IMG/VR virus record: IMGVR_UViG_3300021431_000084
Direction: 5' to 3' (one strand)
Length of the DNA: 64,000 nucleotides
Source of the DNA: a virus
Taxonomy: Duplodnaviria > Caudoviricetes
Shown here: positions 45,587 through 57,134 of the stretch, in pieces
How positions within the stretch are numbered: position 1 is the first letter of the stretch
Layout of the letters: every line of letters begins with the position of its first letter
The notes under the pieces: model-generated
Database searches by the model: none
What the model saw: only the letters and a program-made list of their open reading frames with translations
What the model was told of the DNA's origin: nothing
Position numbers and translations under genes: made by a program

Positions 45587-45943
45587 TCAAACCCTAGTAA
45601 ACAGAGTCTTTCTGTCCTTACCAGTAGTCTTAGTCTTCTCAATACCCTCGATAGTACGGATCAGACCAGAGAGCTTCTGAGTGGAGAAAGTCTCTCCGAT
45701 GAGCTCGTTGATGTCAGCAAGAGTGTAAGCCTTGCCGGGCTCCATAGCCTCGTAAATCTTAGTACGGAGTGCATCGTTTGCAACCTGCTCCTTAGAAGGC
45801 TTACGCTCACCAGATGCTCTACGCTCAAGGGAAGCCTTGAGAGCCTCAAGCTTTGCGATCTCGTCAGGGGAGAAACCCTCAACGCCCTTAAGGGACTCGA
45901 TACCAGAAGTAAGTGCAGAAATGTAAGTAATCTTCTCAGCCAT
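45587..45943 (-). CDS. winged-helix DNA-binding protein (paralog family)
   Basis: MAEKIT...SLE.RA...S.....N..LR..I...MEPGK.Y. Confidence 0.7.
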   Translation of the reverse strand: MAEKITYISALTSGIESLKGVEGFSPDEIAKLEALKASLERRASGERKPSKEQVANDALRTKIYEAMEPGKAYTLADINELIGETFSTQKLSGLIRTIEGIEKTKTTGKDRKTLFTRV

Positions 45944-46232
45944 AATTTTCACCTCATTTTTTTCTTTCTTTTTTATTTTTCTTACATCTATATTATACCA
46001 CAAATTTTTAAGTTTGTAAAGTATAATTTTTTGAACCTCTTTGTAAGATTTCCAACTTTGGAATTAGGGTTCTTACTAACGCCTTCTCGAACTTGTACTT
46101 AACCAACTTGATAGGAACGCATTCCTCTAACGACAAGTAGGTTTTCAGAACCTTTATTTTCTTCTTTCTTTATCTTACATATATATTATATCATAAATTT
46201 GGCTTTTTGTAAAGACAAATTTTTTGAACTGC

Positions 46233-46484
46233 TTAATCCTCTTCCTCTACGAAGATAGCAACATGCTCCTTGATTCCATCCTTGAGGGTATAACCACAAG
46301 CTTCATAACGAAGCTCAAAATAAGTTCCTTCTTCGCCTTTAATAAGTTCGTGGTTAGCAAGATACATAGGAGCATCTTCAATAAATCCCTCAAAGAGAGG
46401 AGAATTTTCATCATCTCCCCATATTCTTACCCAAGTACCAAGAGGGAGAAAGTCGAGTACATTTATTAACTTCATATTTATCAT
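46233..46484 (-). CDS. small phage paralog family
   Basis: MKL..VL...FEG..EDAP. Confidence 0.6.
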   Translation of the reverse strand: MINMKLINVLDFLPLGTWVRIWGDDENSPLFEGFIEDAPMYLANHELIKGEEGTYFELRYEACGYTLKDGIKEHVAIFVEEED

Positions 46485-47013
46485 TACCTTTCTTATCTTT
46501 CTTACATATATATTATATCATAAAAATAAGTATTTGTAAAGTTAGATTTTCCAGTCTACTTTTCTTCTCTCGGTTCCCAATCGGTATTTGATTTTCCAAA
46601 ATAGGTGCAATGTTTGTTAATATCACAAAAGAACCTATAAACAGGATAATTTTCCATTCCATATTCCTTTAGTTTTACACGCTTGCTGCAAGAGTGCTTG
46701 CAAGTCGCACAACATTTTAACGGTTTTCCATTTTTATATATATACATATTTAATTCTCTTTTCTTATCTTTTCTATATATATTATATCATAAATTTAGGT
46801 TATTGTAAAGTTAGATTTTTCAATCTACTTGACATTTGCGGGAGCCCGTCCATGCAGATCCGCAGGAGCAACCGCCGCAAGGTTTTTCTAAATCCACTTT
46901 TGGTTTTGTGAGACGAGTGATGCATGTGCCAGCGGGGCGAGCCTCACAAGGTTTGAAATCTTAAAAAATTATGTTATAATAAATATAGGTAATTTTATAG
47001 GAGGAAAATATAG

Positions 47014-47373
47014 ATGCCTTTAGATGAATTAATAGTTTATGTTAGAAACAATTTTGACAAAATACCATATACAAGAGATATTCTTAAGAGAGTTGATTTG
47101 CTTTTGGATAGTGCTGAGAAAATGAGGGAGAGTTTTGTTCAGATACCGGAAAAGTTTAATGCACTCTTGGGAGTTAAAAATGTTGGTTTTGTTTTGACAG
47201 AGTATGTAGGGTTTATTCAAGATAGACGGAGAACAATAATTTCAAGAGACGGAGATATCAGTTTATTAGAGGGAGATGATGTAACTGATATCGAAGCTAC
47301 TTATTTTTACAACAAGTATCCGTTCTTTGAGCAGGACTTTTACAATTGGTTTTTTGAGGAGTTTGGTAATTGA
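47014..47373 (+). CDS. hypothetical protein
   Basis: GGAGG RBS; TTGAAA..TATAAT promoter at 46953-46980. Confidence 0.7.
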   Translation: MPLDELIVYVRNNFDKIPYTRDILKRVDLLLDSAEKMRESFVQIPEKFNALLGVKNVGFVLTEYVGFIQDRRRTIISRDGDISLLEGDDVTDIEATYFYNKYPFFEQDFYNWFFEEFGN

Positions 47374-47576
47374 TGGAAGAAGATTTTGATATGTTCGTGC
47401 CTCAAACTGAGGTTGCAATTATATGTGCGCTATGTGATGAGGTAATAAAATCAGTTAGTTTTGATGAGTTTTGTTGCAAATATTCCAGCAACCCGTTCAT
47501 TGTGTGTCCCAGCTGCAAGGCCGCATGGAAAGCAGTCAAAAAAGAAAAGTCGGCTCGGGAAGAAAAGAAGGAGTAA
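47370..47576 (+). CDS. small Zn-finger protein
   Basis: CALC...CPSC. Confidence 0.6.
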   Translation: MMEEDFDMFVPQTEVAIICALCDEVIKSVSFDEFCCKYSSNPFIVCPSCKAAWKAVKKEKSAREEKKE

Positions 47577-47595
47577 GGAGAAAAATCTCGGAACC

Positions 47596-47799
47596 GTGTT
47601 AAAAAAATAGTAATGTTATATAGGTGTTAAAAAAGTAGTAATGTTGTAATGGTGTTAAAAAAATGTGTTAAAAAAGTAGTACAGAAGTGTTAAAAAACTA
47701 GTAATGTTGTATTAAAATAAGGGTGTTAAAAAACTAGTAATGTTTGTATTATGTGTTAAAAAAGTAGTAATATTGATGTTAAAAAAGTAGTAATGTTGA
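47596..47799 (+). repeat. iteron-like direct repeats (8 copies)
   Basis: GTGTTAAAAAA(G/C/A)TAGTAATGTTG. Confidence 0.9.
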
Positions 47800-48377
47800 A
47801 AGGAGGTATTATTTTGGGAAGAAAAAGACAGATACCTAAGATAAAAGATATATGTGCTAATAGGGGATATAATGACTTGGTTTATGGTTATCTTCAGACT
47901 ATCTCTGATAATAATGGTAGGATTAAGAAGCTTGATATGAACTTTAGAGAAATAGGAGAGAAGGTTGGTTTAACAAGACAAACTGTTGGAACGAGAGTAA
48001 AAAATCTTTTGGAAATGGAATTACTTTTTTTAGATGCAGAGAGTGGAGATTATGAATTAACTTTATTAGAGCCTTATGTAGCAGCATTAATACCGGAAGA
48101 AACTATTAGGGTATTGGTAAATACTATGAATGAGCGTAGTATATCAGTTTATGTTTATTTGTTTATTCGCTATTATGCGGCGAAAAAACCATTTTTTATT
48201 ACATATGCAGAGTTGAAAGAGTTTGTTGGATTATCATCTAGAACTAGATCGAATGATACTGTCATTCAGGATATATTAACAGTTTTGCAAAAATTGGGGT
48301 TGATTGACTATGAGTTTGTAAACATGGGATATAAGTCAAAATATCAAATAAATAAGGTTAATTTGACCTTCAATTAA
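47793..48377 (+). CDS. putative replication initiator (tandem winged-helix)
   Basis: two wHTH-like units (EIGEKVGLTRQTV...LLE; ELKEFVGLS...L..L.KLGLIDY); flanked by iterons; real start likely the TTG after GGAGG at ~47814. Confidence 0.6.
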   Translation: MLKGGIILGRKRQIPKIKDICANRGYNDLVYGYLQTISDNNGRIKKLDMNFREIGEKVGLTRQTVGTRVKNLLEMELLFLDAESGDYELTLLEPYVAALIPEETIRVLVNTMNERSISVYVYLFIRYYAAKKPFFITYAELKEFVGLSSRTRSNDTVIQDILTVLQKLGLIDYEFVNMGYKSKYQINKVNLTFN

Positions 48378-48440
48378 GCGTTAAAAAACTAGTAATGTTG
48401 TGTTAAAAAACTAGTAATGTTGGTGTTAAAAAAGTAGTAA
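48378..48440 (+). repeat. iteron-like direct repeats (3 copies)
   Basis: same unit immediately after the stop codon. Confidence 0.9.
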
Positions 48441-48549
48441 CCATATAAATATAATAGGGGGGTAAACCCCCTCGAGCACTGCTCGACCCCCAGTCGAAGT
48501 TTATAACTCGCTTCGCTCGTTATAAACTTCTCCTACGGGGGAGACTCGT

Positions 48550-48810
48550 TTGAAAGGAGGACGTAGACCAGTGGAAGAGATAGAAAGTAGGTATGTTGAG
48601 ATAGAGTTAAGTTGTGAGGATAGGGAAATTCTATATAGAGTGATAACCTATTATAAGGATGGTAGAGTAGATCAGGAAATGAGAAAGTTGGGGGAGGGTT
48701 TTGATTTGGAAGCTTTATTCCAAGTTTTAGGGGGTAGCAGTTTGAGAGATGGAATTACTTTATTAATAGGGGATAAAGTAAAAAAGATTTTGGAAGGGAA
48801 AGAACATTAG
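48550..48810 (+). CDS. hypothetical protein
   Basis: GGAGG followed by GTG start at ~48571. Confidence 0.5.
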   Translation: MKGGRRPVEEIESRYVEIELSCEDREILYRVITYYKDGRVDQEMRKLGEGFDLEALFQVLGGSSLRDGITLLIGDKVKKILEGKEH

Positions 48811-49173
48811 TATTAAGGAAGGAGAAGAAAACTGAGGATTCCGTTAGGAAGCCTCAGAGGAACAGTTTGGAAAATGAAACGAAAATTGATAGCTGAATTG
48901 GATAGTGATTTGAAGTTAAAGTAGAAACAAATAGAGAAGAAGAAATTAGATTGGTTTGGGAGAAAATGAAATAGAAGCGTTTTTTAATGCAGTAGTACAA
49001 AGTTGTTTGGGGTGGTAATAGATGATGAGTTGGAAGAAAAATATGGATATAGACTGAGATAAAGTATAGTGAGATATAGTATAGAATGGTGTATGTTGCC
49101 AGGGCGACACGCCCATGCGATATGCTCCTTCTAACCGCAAAGACGATTTCGGACATAAAAAAAGGACTCTTAT

Positions 49174-49524
49174 TCAGAGTCCAAAGAAATATCCACTATC
49201 CATCAATTTATCTATAATCTTGGCTACACCCCGGGCCGCACTCTCAGTCATTGGTTCTGTTTTACCCAACTCACTTCCATACCACTTACGTTCCCACTTA
49301 TCAAAATCCATGATGAGTTGTACCAATTCATCTTCTCTATCTGTGGATTTCTTCTGCGCCGCAGCTCGTCTCTTCTCTGCTTCTGCCTCAGCTGCTTTCT
49401 TCCGATTAGCGGCGTCCGCAATCTTATCTAATATTACTTCTGCATCCTCTTGGTCCTGTCGCATAAGTAAATCAAACATTCTATCATACCAATCATCATT
49501 TAATCTTCCCATAGTGTAATTCAC
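49174..49524 (-). CDS. hypothetical protein
   Basis: 116 aa helical ORF. Confidence 0.6.
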   Translation of the reverse strand: MNYTMGRLNDDWYDRMFDLLMRQDQEDAEVILDKIADAANRKKAAEAEAEKRRAAAQKKSTDREDELVQLIMDFDKWERKWYGSELGKTEPMTESAARGVAKIIDKLMDSGYFFGL

Positions 49525-50652
49525 CTCTTTTTATTGTTATACTTATATTATAACAAAATATTTTTTAATTTCCAAATAAGTTTGCTCGAAAATTTGAGAA
49601 CTACGGAAAGTCGTAGACTTAAAAACGGTCAATTGCTCATTGGGTATATAGAAGGTTATGTTTCTGAGAAAATTTTCAATACTGGAGCGCGAATCGAATG
49701 GAAAGAGTATGAGCAAAATTTCGACCTTCTCGGAGATATATAAAAAGTGCGGCGACCCGTCCAAAAAATCTTCCTTGACAAGACCGCAAAAATGTGATAA
49801 TATTTATATTTATATTTCCCCTTTTATTATATCATATTTTTGAAGCTTTGTCAAGTAAGATTTTTTCTTCTTACTCTTGGTTTTATTTTGGGGCTTGTTA
49901 AAGCCCCAATTTTCCAAAATTTACTTATCTTCTTTTGGTTTCCTTGCAACTTTTCATACGACTACTTTTTCTTTCACTGCAGCTCACTCTAGCTCTCTGA
50001 TGAAATGGAAAAATGGAAGGCCTGTGCGGCCTTTTTATAATGCGGTTTTCCTGTTGGCGGGATCTGAAGGACCCGGTCAACAAATCTCTCTTGACAAGGA
50101 AGGAAAAATGTGATATAATATATAGGGGGAAGTTTTTTGCTCACGAGAGAAACCGGGATTAAATAAAAAAAGGTTTTTTTATATATTGGTTTTCACGATC
50201 AATAAATTAATGTGTGGTGTCCAAAGAATTTTTTGGGCCTGTAGAAAAAATCTACCTTGACACCGCCTTGTCAATAGGGATTTTTCGGACTAGGGAATCA
50301 AGGGCGAGCGTAGCAAGCCCATATGTAAATTTTGTGCGTGTTGCGGGCGTGGAAAGTTTTGGAGACGATTTCGGGATTTGGGAGGTGTGAGTCACGTGTG
50401 AGCATATGCTCGGCCATATGTGCTGAGGGGTCGCGTTGGTGGGAAACGGGCCAGACTCGCTCGCTCACGGCCCGTCGAGCAAGCCTTGTCAATAGGCATT
50501 TTGCACAAAATTTTTATGAAGTTTTTATGCATACCACACAAATCCCCCAAATGTCAAGTAGCAGATTGCACAAATTTCGATCATTATTTTTGTGTACTAA
50601 AAAAAGGACTATCCGAAGATAGTCCCAATTTTAGGTCAGTTAGGGCTTGACA

Positions 50653-51015
50653 TCAAGCCTCAACCTTGCGGAACCAAGCAACACGCTTGACCTCAACACG
50701 CTCAACCAAGCCATCACGCTTGAGTGGAGTCAGCAAGGCGGAAACCTTGTGGCTTGAAGCCGCCTCAAGACCGGGCACAACGGCGATAAGGTCGTTAATG
50801 CGGTAGAGCTTGCCGGGCTCCATAGTTGCGAGGATAGCCTCACGCAACTTCGCGTTTTCCTTGACCTCAGCCGATACCGCACGGGGTGCGTTAGCCTTCT
50901 TTTCAAGGGACTTGATAAGGCTTTCAACCTTGTCCTTAACGTCAGTAGGCAACTGCTCGCCGTATGTAGCGATAACAAACTCAAGTGCGGACTTCTGTGT
51001 AATCTTTTCAGCCAT
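50653..51015 (-). CDS. winged-helix DNA-binding protein, paralog 1
   Basis: HKVSALLTP.KRDGLV.R.EVKRVA.F shared with 51694 and 59427. Confidence 0.75.
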   Translation of the reverse strand: MAEKITQKSALEFVIATYGEQLPTDVKDKVESLIKSLEKKANAPRAVSAEVKENAKLREAILATMEPGKLYRINDLIAVVPGLEAASSHKVSALLTPLKRDGLVERVEVKRVAWFRKVEA

Positions 51016-51693
51016 AAAAATCACCTCATAAAATTAATATTTGTAATGGACTTGTACTTGTCAGTGTAGTCAAACTGTTCTTACTTGATAGGTCGCAACC
51101 TCTAAAGACCGCTTAACTTTCCTTATCCTTTTTACACTTATATTATACATCTAAAATCTTGTTTTGTCAACAAGAATTTTATTGTCAAGTTTCAAGTGTC
51201 TATTTGGTTTGGTGTCCCTCGCCTTTCGACATTATTATTATAACATACTCATAACTAATTGCAATCCTTATTTTTTTGTGTAAAAAGTACAAAAAAACAA
51301 GAATTTTGTATAAAAAATTGTGTATTTTGCACAAAAGTAGAATATTTTTGTGCAATTTGTAGAATTTTGGGAGAAAAATTTGTGCAAAATGTACAAAAAA
51401 AGTGCTTGACAAAATTGGTGGGGCGTGGTATAATGGAATTTCGGGCCGCGCCCACCCGTTGGCGGCCCGCTCGATTATACCATATCCAGAGCCTCCTGTC
51501 AATAGGCAAATTGCACAAATTTTCAGAAAAATTTTTGTGCAAAATGTAGAATTTTTTTACTTGACAAATAACCCCCTATGTGTTATCATAGAGGGTTAAG
51601 TGTATAAAGAAAAGGAGGACAAAAATCGTCAATTAGTGGGAAAGGGTTTTTGTGAGGAACCCTATCGAAACCTCTTTAGATAGGCGGAGCCTA

Positions 51694-52053
51694 TCAAGCC
51701 TTACGGAAGTAGGCTACACGCTTAACTTCCTCACGGATTACAAGTCCGTCACGCTTCATAGGTGTAAGGAGTGCGGACACCTTGTGAGTGGAAGCCGTAG
51801 CGAGTTCGGGAACCGCAGCGATGAGGTCATTGATACGGTATGCCTTACCCTCTACCATATTGTCGAGGATAGCCTTACGGAGCTTGGCGTTTTCCTTAAC
51901 CTCTGCGGACTGGGCACGAGGGGCATTTGCCTTCTTTTCGAGGGACTTGCCGATGTCCTCAATCTTACCCTTTACATCTGCGGGGAGAGCCTCGCCGTAT
52001 GTAGCAAGTACGAACTCAATTGCCTTTGCCTGTGTCATCTTTGTTTCTGCCAT
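51694..52053 (-). CDS. winged-helix DNA-binding protein, paralog 2
   Basis: close paralog of 50653. Confidence 0.75.
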   Translation of the reverse strand: MAETKMTQAKAIEFVLATYGEALPADVKGKIEDIGKSLEKKANAPRAQSAEVKENAKLRKAILDNMVEGKAYRINDLIAAVPELATASTHKVSALLTPMKRDGLVIREEVKRVAYFRKA

Positions 52054-52456
52054 AATTAGCACCTCTTTCTTTGTTTTATTTTATGTTTTTATTATAACAT
52101 TTTCTAAAAGGTTTGTCAAGTGTTTTTTTCTTACTTGTTTAACTTTTTTCTTTAAGTTACTTTTTACTTTCCTTACCTTTTGTACTTTTATTATAACATC
52201 TTTTGTGAGGTTTGTCAAGGACTTTTTTTTGACTTCTTTTTTTTCGTCTTTCCTTTCCTTACCTTACATACTTATTATAAAGGATAAAATCGGTTTTGCA
52301 TAGTAGGCACAATGTACAAATTTTAGGAAAATTTTTGTGCAAAATTTTTCTGAAAAACCTCTTGACAAAATGCTGATTATGTGGTAAAATTTTCCGGGCG
52401 GAAAGGGTTCTCACTTCTATTATACCATAGTTAGTGTATGTTTGTCAATAGTTTTT

Positions 52457-53128
52457 TTAAGTAAAATAAAAGAAGTCTGTAATAAAACAGACTTCCTTAT
52501 TTGAATAAATACCATTCATTTTTTTATGTTTTCTGTAACAATAGGCTAAAATTTCTTTTTCTATCATTACATCTGCTAATCCTGTATGCTCTTCTACAAA
52601 GTCGGGATTGTTTGTCAAGTATCTGTAAACTATCTCGGCTTTTGTTTGTGGCTTTCCTGTTTTTGTCAAGAAATTATGTTTTTCACAAAACTTTCTATAA
52701 CTTGGTGTATCTCTTACAACTTGTTTTGTTAATGTGTTGGTGTCGTAAAATGTCAAGCCATCGGGGAAAAAGAAATCATCACCCAAAAGATACAAACTTG
52801 TTTTATTTAATGAGTTATAATCATAGGGTATGTTATGAGCAAAAGCCTTTTTAATGCCGTGTTTGTTTACAAACTCCGCAAACTTGCTTTTCATTTCCTC
52901 AAAACTTACAACTTCGCGAATACCCTCTTCAATTTCCTTTTCATACTTTGGAATTTTATTCTTATAGTGTGCGGTCTGCATTAAGTCTTTACGATCTTCA
53001 AAAATGTCACCATTTACAAGGTTGATTGTATCATAAACCTCGCCCGTGATGTCAATAGCCGCCGCACCTAAATCATAGCATAGACCGCTTCTAATTCCTT
53101 CAGTATCAAAAACTAAAACTTTGTTCAT
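52457..53128 (-). CDS. DEDDh 3'-5' exonuclease
   Basis: FDTE, AHN..YD, EHTGL.DV. Confidence 0.85.
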   Translation of the reverse strand: MNKVLVFDTEGIRSGLCYDLGAAAIDITGEVYDTINLVNGDIFEDRKDLMQTAHYKNKIPKYEKEIEEGIREVVSFEEMKSKFAEFVNKHGIKKAFAHNIPYDYNSLNKTSLYLLGDDFFFPDGLTFYDTNTLTKQVVRDTPSYRKFCEKHNFLTKTGKPQTKAEIVYRYLTNNPDFVEEHTGLADVMIEKEILAYCYRKHKKMNGIYSNKEVCFITDFFYFT

Positions 53129-53316
53129 TTATTTGTTTCCTCTTTTCTTTAACTTTTGTAATTAAAGTATAACACCAAAAGTAGTAGATGAATACTGACA
53201 GATTGCACAAATTTTAGGAATTTATTTTGTGTAATTTTTTTGAAAAAAGTGCTTGACTTTTTTGTGCTTGTGTGATATAATTTTTCGGGCGGAGGCGAGG
53301 ACATTTGCCCTCGCTT

Positions 53317-53574
53317 CTACTCCTTTAATTTGTATTCAACTATTACACTATTATTATCTACCATTGTTATTTCATCATTATAATCGAAGGCTGTAAGTTC
53401 TCCATTTTTATTTAAATTAACCGCATTAATATAATTAAGTTCATTTTTTTCATTGTAAGTCTCAACTCCAGAAATTCTTATAAATAAATCTCCCTTGTAC
53501 TCAAAATAATCTCCTATTTCTACCGCTCCAAAAATTGTTATTGGATTTTTTTCAATTCTCATTATTTTTGCCAT
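53317..53574 (-). CDS. small beta-rich paralog family
   Basis: F....GDYF...G.LF shared with 58105 and 60215. Confidence 0.6.
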   Translation of the reverse strand: MAKIMRIEKNPITIFGAVEIGDYFEYKGDLFIRISGVETYNEKNELNYINAVNLNKNGELTAFDYNDEITMVDNNSVIVEYKLKE

Positions 53575-53923
53575 TTTTGTTTACCTCACTTTTTTTTATT
53601 GTATCATACTATTTTTGTTTTGTCAAGTGTGCGGCGGCCCATTCAAGGGATCGCACGGACAACTTACCGCAACCTACAAGAAACAAGGTTTACATCACGA
53701 ATTTCAACTTTGTTTCCAGCTTCATCTTGTATTAAAACAATGCTTTCCTTGTTTGGTAATGTCTGATAAAAATCCTTGACCTCATTATCATTCTCGAAAG
53801 TCTTAAAATCAATCTTGCCTTTTCTTGTATAAAATACTGTCAACATTTTGATTACCTCATTTCTTTATTTTCTATAATTATTATAGCACCTTGTCGCACA
53901 TTAGTCAAGGAAAAAGTGTCCCA

Positions 53924-54400
53924 TTAAAGGGACTTGCTTTCACTTACAAAATACTTTGCGTTGTACTTTGTGAGAATGATTTTTGCCTTTTCACTCTCTT
54001 TTTTGGTAGGGCAGTAAATGTTAAAAATTACTCTTTCCTTTGTACTTGTGTTAAGTGTTGAATAACTTAATTTCGCATTACGAAGTGCCACTCTTGCTTT
54101 AATTGCATTATCTACGGGAAGTGTTGCTTCAACTTTCCACAATTTGTCTTTTCTAATTTTTTCCTCGATAGTCTTTACAATGAAAACACCAACGAGATTA
54201 CAAAGTGCCGTTACAAGCACCTTTTCCCAAAGTGGGAAATCCGCATTAGTGTAAACAAGAACTACTGTGTAAAGTCCGTACGCAGTCGCGTTCACGAGAG
54301 AAGCACCAACACGCCCGCACTTTACAGTTGCAAGGGACTTGAAAGTCTGAAGGATAACATTTACTACGCTCAATACGATAAACAAAATCAACAAATTCAT
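53924..54400 (-). CDS. membrane protein (DUF5698/DUF2179-like)
   Basis: three TM helices then ACT-like soluble domain. Confidence 0.55.
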   Translation of the reverse strand: MNLLILFIVLSVVNVILQTFKSLATVKCGRVGASLVNATAYGLYTVVLVYTNADFPLWEKVLVTALCNLVGVFIVKTIEEKIRKDKLWKVEATLPVDNAIKARVALRNAKLSYSTLNTSTKERVIFNIYCPTKKESEKAKIILTKYNAKYFVSESKSL

Positions 54401-54570
54401 TTTTTATTCCTCTTTTCTCTTTTCTTCTCTTAAATGATACTACTTTTCTATCCCTTTTGGTACTGACAAATTACACAAAATTTAGGATACAAAATTGTGC
54501 AAAATTTTTTCAAAAACCTCTTGACTTTTTTGCTTAGGTATGTTAAAATTTTCCGGCCGGAGGCGAAGGA

Positions 54571-54894
54571 TTACTCCTCCTCCTCATAGTCGTAAGTAGT
54601 GAGTCTTGGGGCTCCTGCGTCTTCTTCGAGTAAAGTAGGTGCAGTGCGATAAGTCCACCACTCCGAGCCGTCATACTCATCACGCTCAAGCCACCAGCTA
54701 TTACCAACAATAATCAAGTCTTCACGGATTTCAGCCGAGCCATAACCGCTGTCATAGTTGGTAACCATAGCCATCATCTTAAAGATTTCCTTATTAATGT
54801 AGCCTTCACAAGTCTGAACCTGAATTACATCCTTATCAAAATCAAAGTTAAGGCTGGCGAGCTTTCTAACTGTTTCATCCCAAAGATTTGTCAT
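54571..54894 (-). CDS. conserved phage hypothetical protein
   Basis: YDSGYG...WWLER.EYDGSEWW. Confidence 0.7.
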   Translation of the reverse strand: MTNLWDETVRKLASLNFDFDKDVIQVQTCEGYINKEIFKMMAMVTNYDSGYGSAEIREDLIIVGNSWWLERDEYDGSEWWTYRTAPTLLEEDAGAPRLTTYDYEEEE

Positions 54895-55691
54895 TTTTAT
54901 TACCTCTTTCATCTTTATTTATAAATTAATTATACCATAGGATAGACACCTTGTCAATAGGTGTCATACCCTAAAATTTCAGCCTCTTCTTCTGAAACTT
55001 CACCGCAGTTGTGGGGTTCTTCGAAATAAACACAAGCCGTCTTATTTGCCGCAGTTCTATCTTCAGCCTCTACGAAAAACTCTTCGCCACTTACTCTGTC
55101 TACAAAAAGGAAAGTCTTCATTTTGTGTACCTCTTTTATCTTTTTTACACTTATAGTATAACAGATAATTTGAGTCTTGTCAACAAGAATTTTATTTGTT
55201 TACAATTTGTTCACATTTGGGCCAAGCACATTTTGGGAGTGTTGTCAAGTGTACAGGTTGCACAAATTTGGAGCAGAATTTTTGTACAGTTTGCACAATT
55301 GACAAAACGGCCCTGCAACACTCGCAAACGGGCCGCTCTATTATACCATAGCTAACCAGCCTTGTCAAGCGTTTTTTGCAAAAATTTTTCCGAAGCACAA
55401 AAAAAAATTTTTTTGTCAATAGTGAAGTTGCACAAATTCTCATTTCTGTTTTTGTGCAACTTGTCAATTGACTTACCAATTATAAAACTTATTTACTTTA
55501 ACAACGCCCTTTTTATAGAGTTCTTTTCTAAAATAATCACAAATTTCATCAGCAACAGCATAAACATCCTCTTCAGCCTCGTCAAGCAATTTCTTGAGTT
55601 CGGGTGTAACTTCAAATTCTACACAACAATCAATGTCAACTCTGATTTTTTCTGTCATTTTTATTACCTCTCTTTTTTTTCTTTTATTATA

Positions 55692-56186
55692 TCACTTGAT
55701 AACATCTATGTTAAGGATTATTTCACGAATTTTTCCATTTAATTCCATTACTTTTGGAGTATGTTTATTAATGTATTCAACGCCCCATTTAGTCGCGGCT
55801 TTCTCAATAGGGAGATTAAAATAAGTATAAAGGTCGTACTTATCAAGCTCCTTTTTGTTTGCGAGGTAGTTTTTTACCTTTTGACCATAAAAATAATCTT
55901 CGTCGCTTATGTCCTCATAAGTTTCATGGTGTCCTAACTCATGAAAAAAAGAATTAAGAAAATTTAAGTCATAGTATCCACCTAAATCTTCTACAAACTC
56001 CCCGAAGCTTTCCTCGGTCTTTTCAGTTGTCAATAGACTAAAAGCAATAACATTTTCGTTGTGGTAATATCCGAAGTCCTGTTCAAACCTTGTTGTAAGG
56101 TCAAAGCCGTTTTCCTTGAGCCAAGTATCAAGAATGTTTGTAATTTCTGTAATTGCTTTGTTAAGTTCCATTTTTATTTGCCTCAC
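55692..56186 (-). CDS. HExxH zincin-like protein
   Basis: FHELGH...Y...P.E..A..W. Confidence 0.7.
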   Translation of the reverse strand: MRQIKMELNKAITEITNILDTWLKENGFDLTTRFEQDFGYYHNENVIAFSLLTTEKTEESFGEFVEDLGGYYDLNFLNSFFHELGHHETYEDISDEDYFYGQKVKNYLANKKELDKYDLYTYFNLPIEKAATKWGVEYINKHTPKVMELNGKIREIILNIDVIK

Positions 56187-56873
56187 TTTTATTTTCTATA
56201 ATTATTATATCATCAAATTTTAGGATTGTCAACATCACATACTAAAATAATTCCAACTTTCTTGTCATTTTTGCTTACCTCTCTTCTAATAATTCGATGT
56301 GTTTTCCGCAAGTGTCGCATTTATAAATATAAGTGGTGGTTGCTTGATACCCGACAGCCTGCTCATACTTATAATGACCACCACATTCACAATAACCATT
56401 ATTCCATTTTTTATCCTCTCGGTCATTAGAACATTTAATCCCACCATAAATCACACCAAGAATAAAAATACAACCAAGCGTTATCCGAATAAAATCTTTC
56501 ATTTTTGTTTACCTCTTTCTTTATTTTCTACATTTATTATACTATTTTTCTGATTTTTTGTCAATAGTGAAATTGTATAAATTTTTATTTTTGTTTTTAT
56601 GTAACCTCACTATTGATTTAATCAAGGCGGAATGTATCTATAAGATGTAGTTCTCCTGTCAAATCTTCTTGATAAATTTCATACCATTCAAATCTTTTAG
56701 CATAAATTTTTAACCATTCCACATAATTGTTAACAAGTACAAGGGGAGTTCTATCAGCATCGCACTCGTACTGGTCATTTAAATCTACACACCTAATTAT
56801 TAAATACTTTTTCATTTTTATTTATCTCTTTTCTTATTTTCTATAATTATTATACATCTTTTATAAAGGGTTG

Positions 56874-57134
56874 TCAAGCCCCTGTATAAAGAAGTGTTAA
56901 AAAGTAAACATTAAGTGCAACACTTGCAAAGTGCATTAAAATTCCGTTGATGTGTCTATCTGTTGCAAAATCTTTTGCAAGTCCGATAACCGCAACGGCA
57001 AGACCAAACCAAGAAATAGACAAACCGTAAGCCATTATTAAGCCAACATTCAAAATCGTAATAAGACAACGAAGGTCATTGTATTCAAACTTGTAAGGGG
57101 TTTCGATGTTAAAGAAGTTCTTAATCTTTGTCAT
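56874..57134 (-). CDS. small membrane protein
   Basis: three hydrophobic helices. Confidence 0.6.
   Translation of the reverse strand: MTKIKNFFNIETPYKFEYNDLRCLITILNVGLIMAYGLSISWFGLAVAVIGLAKDFATDRHINGILMHFASVALNVYFLTLLYTGA

Noticed and set aside
46838-46881. CAGATCCGCAGGAGCAACC as SRP RNA domain IV
   Set aside because: The loop is 3 nt rather than GNRA, conserved adenines are missing and there is no long flanking helix
47596-48440. Direct repeats as a CRISPR array
   Set aside because: Spacers are 0-13 bp, there are no unique 30-40 bp spacers and no cas genes; the pattern fits iterons
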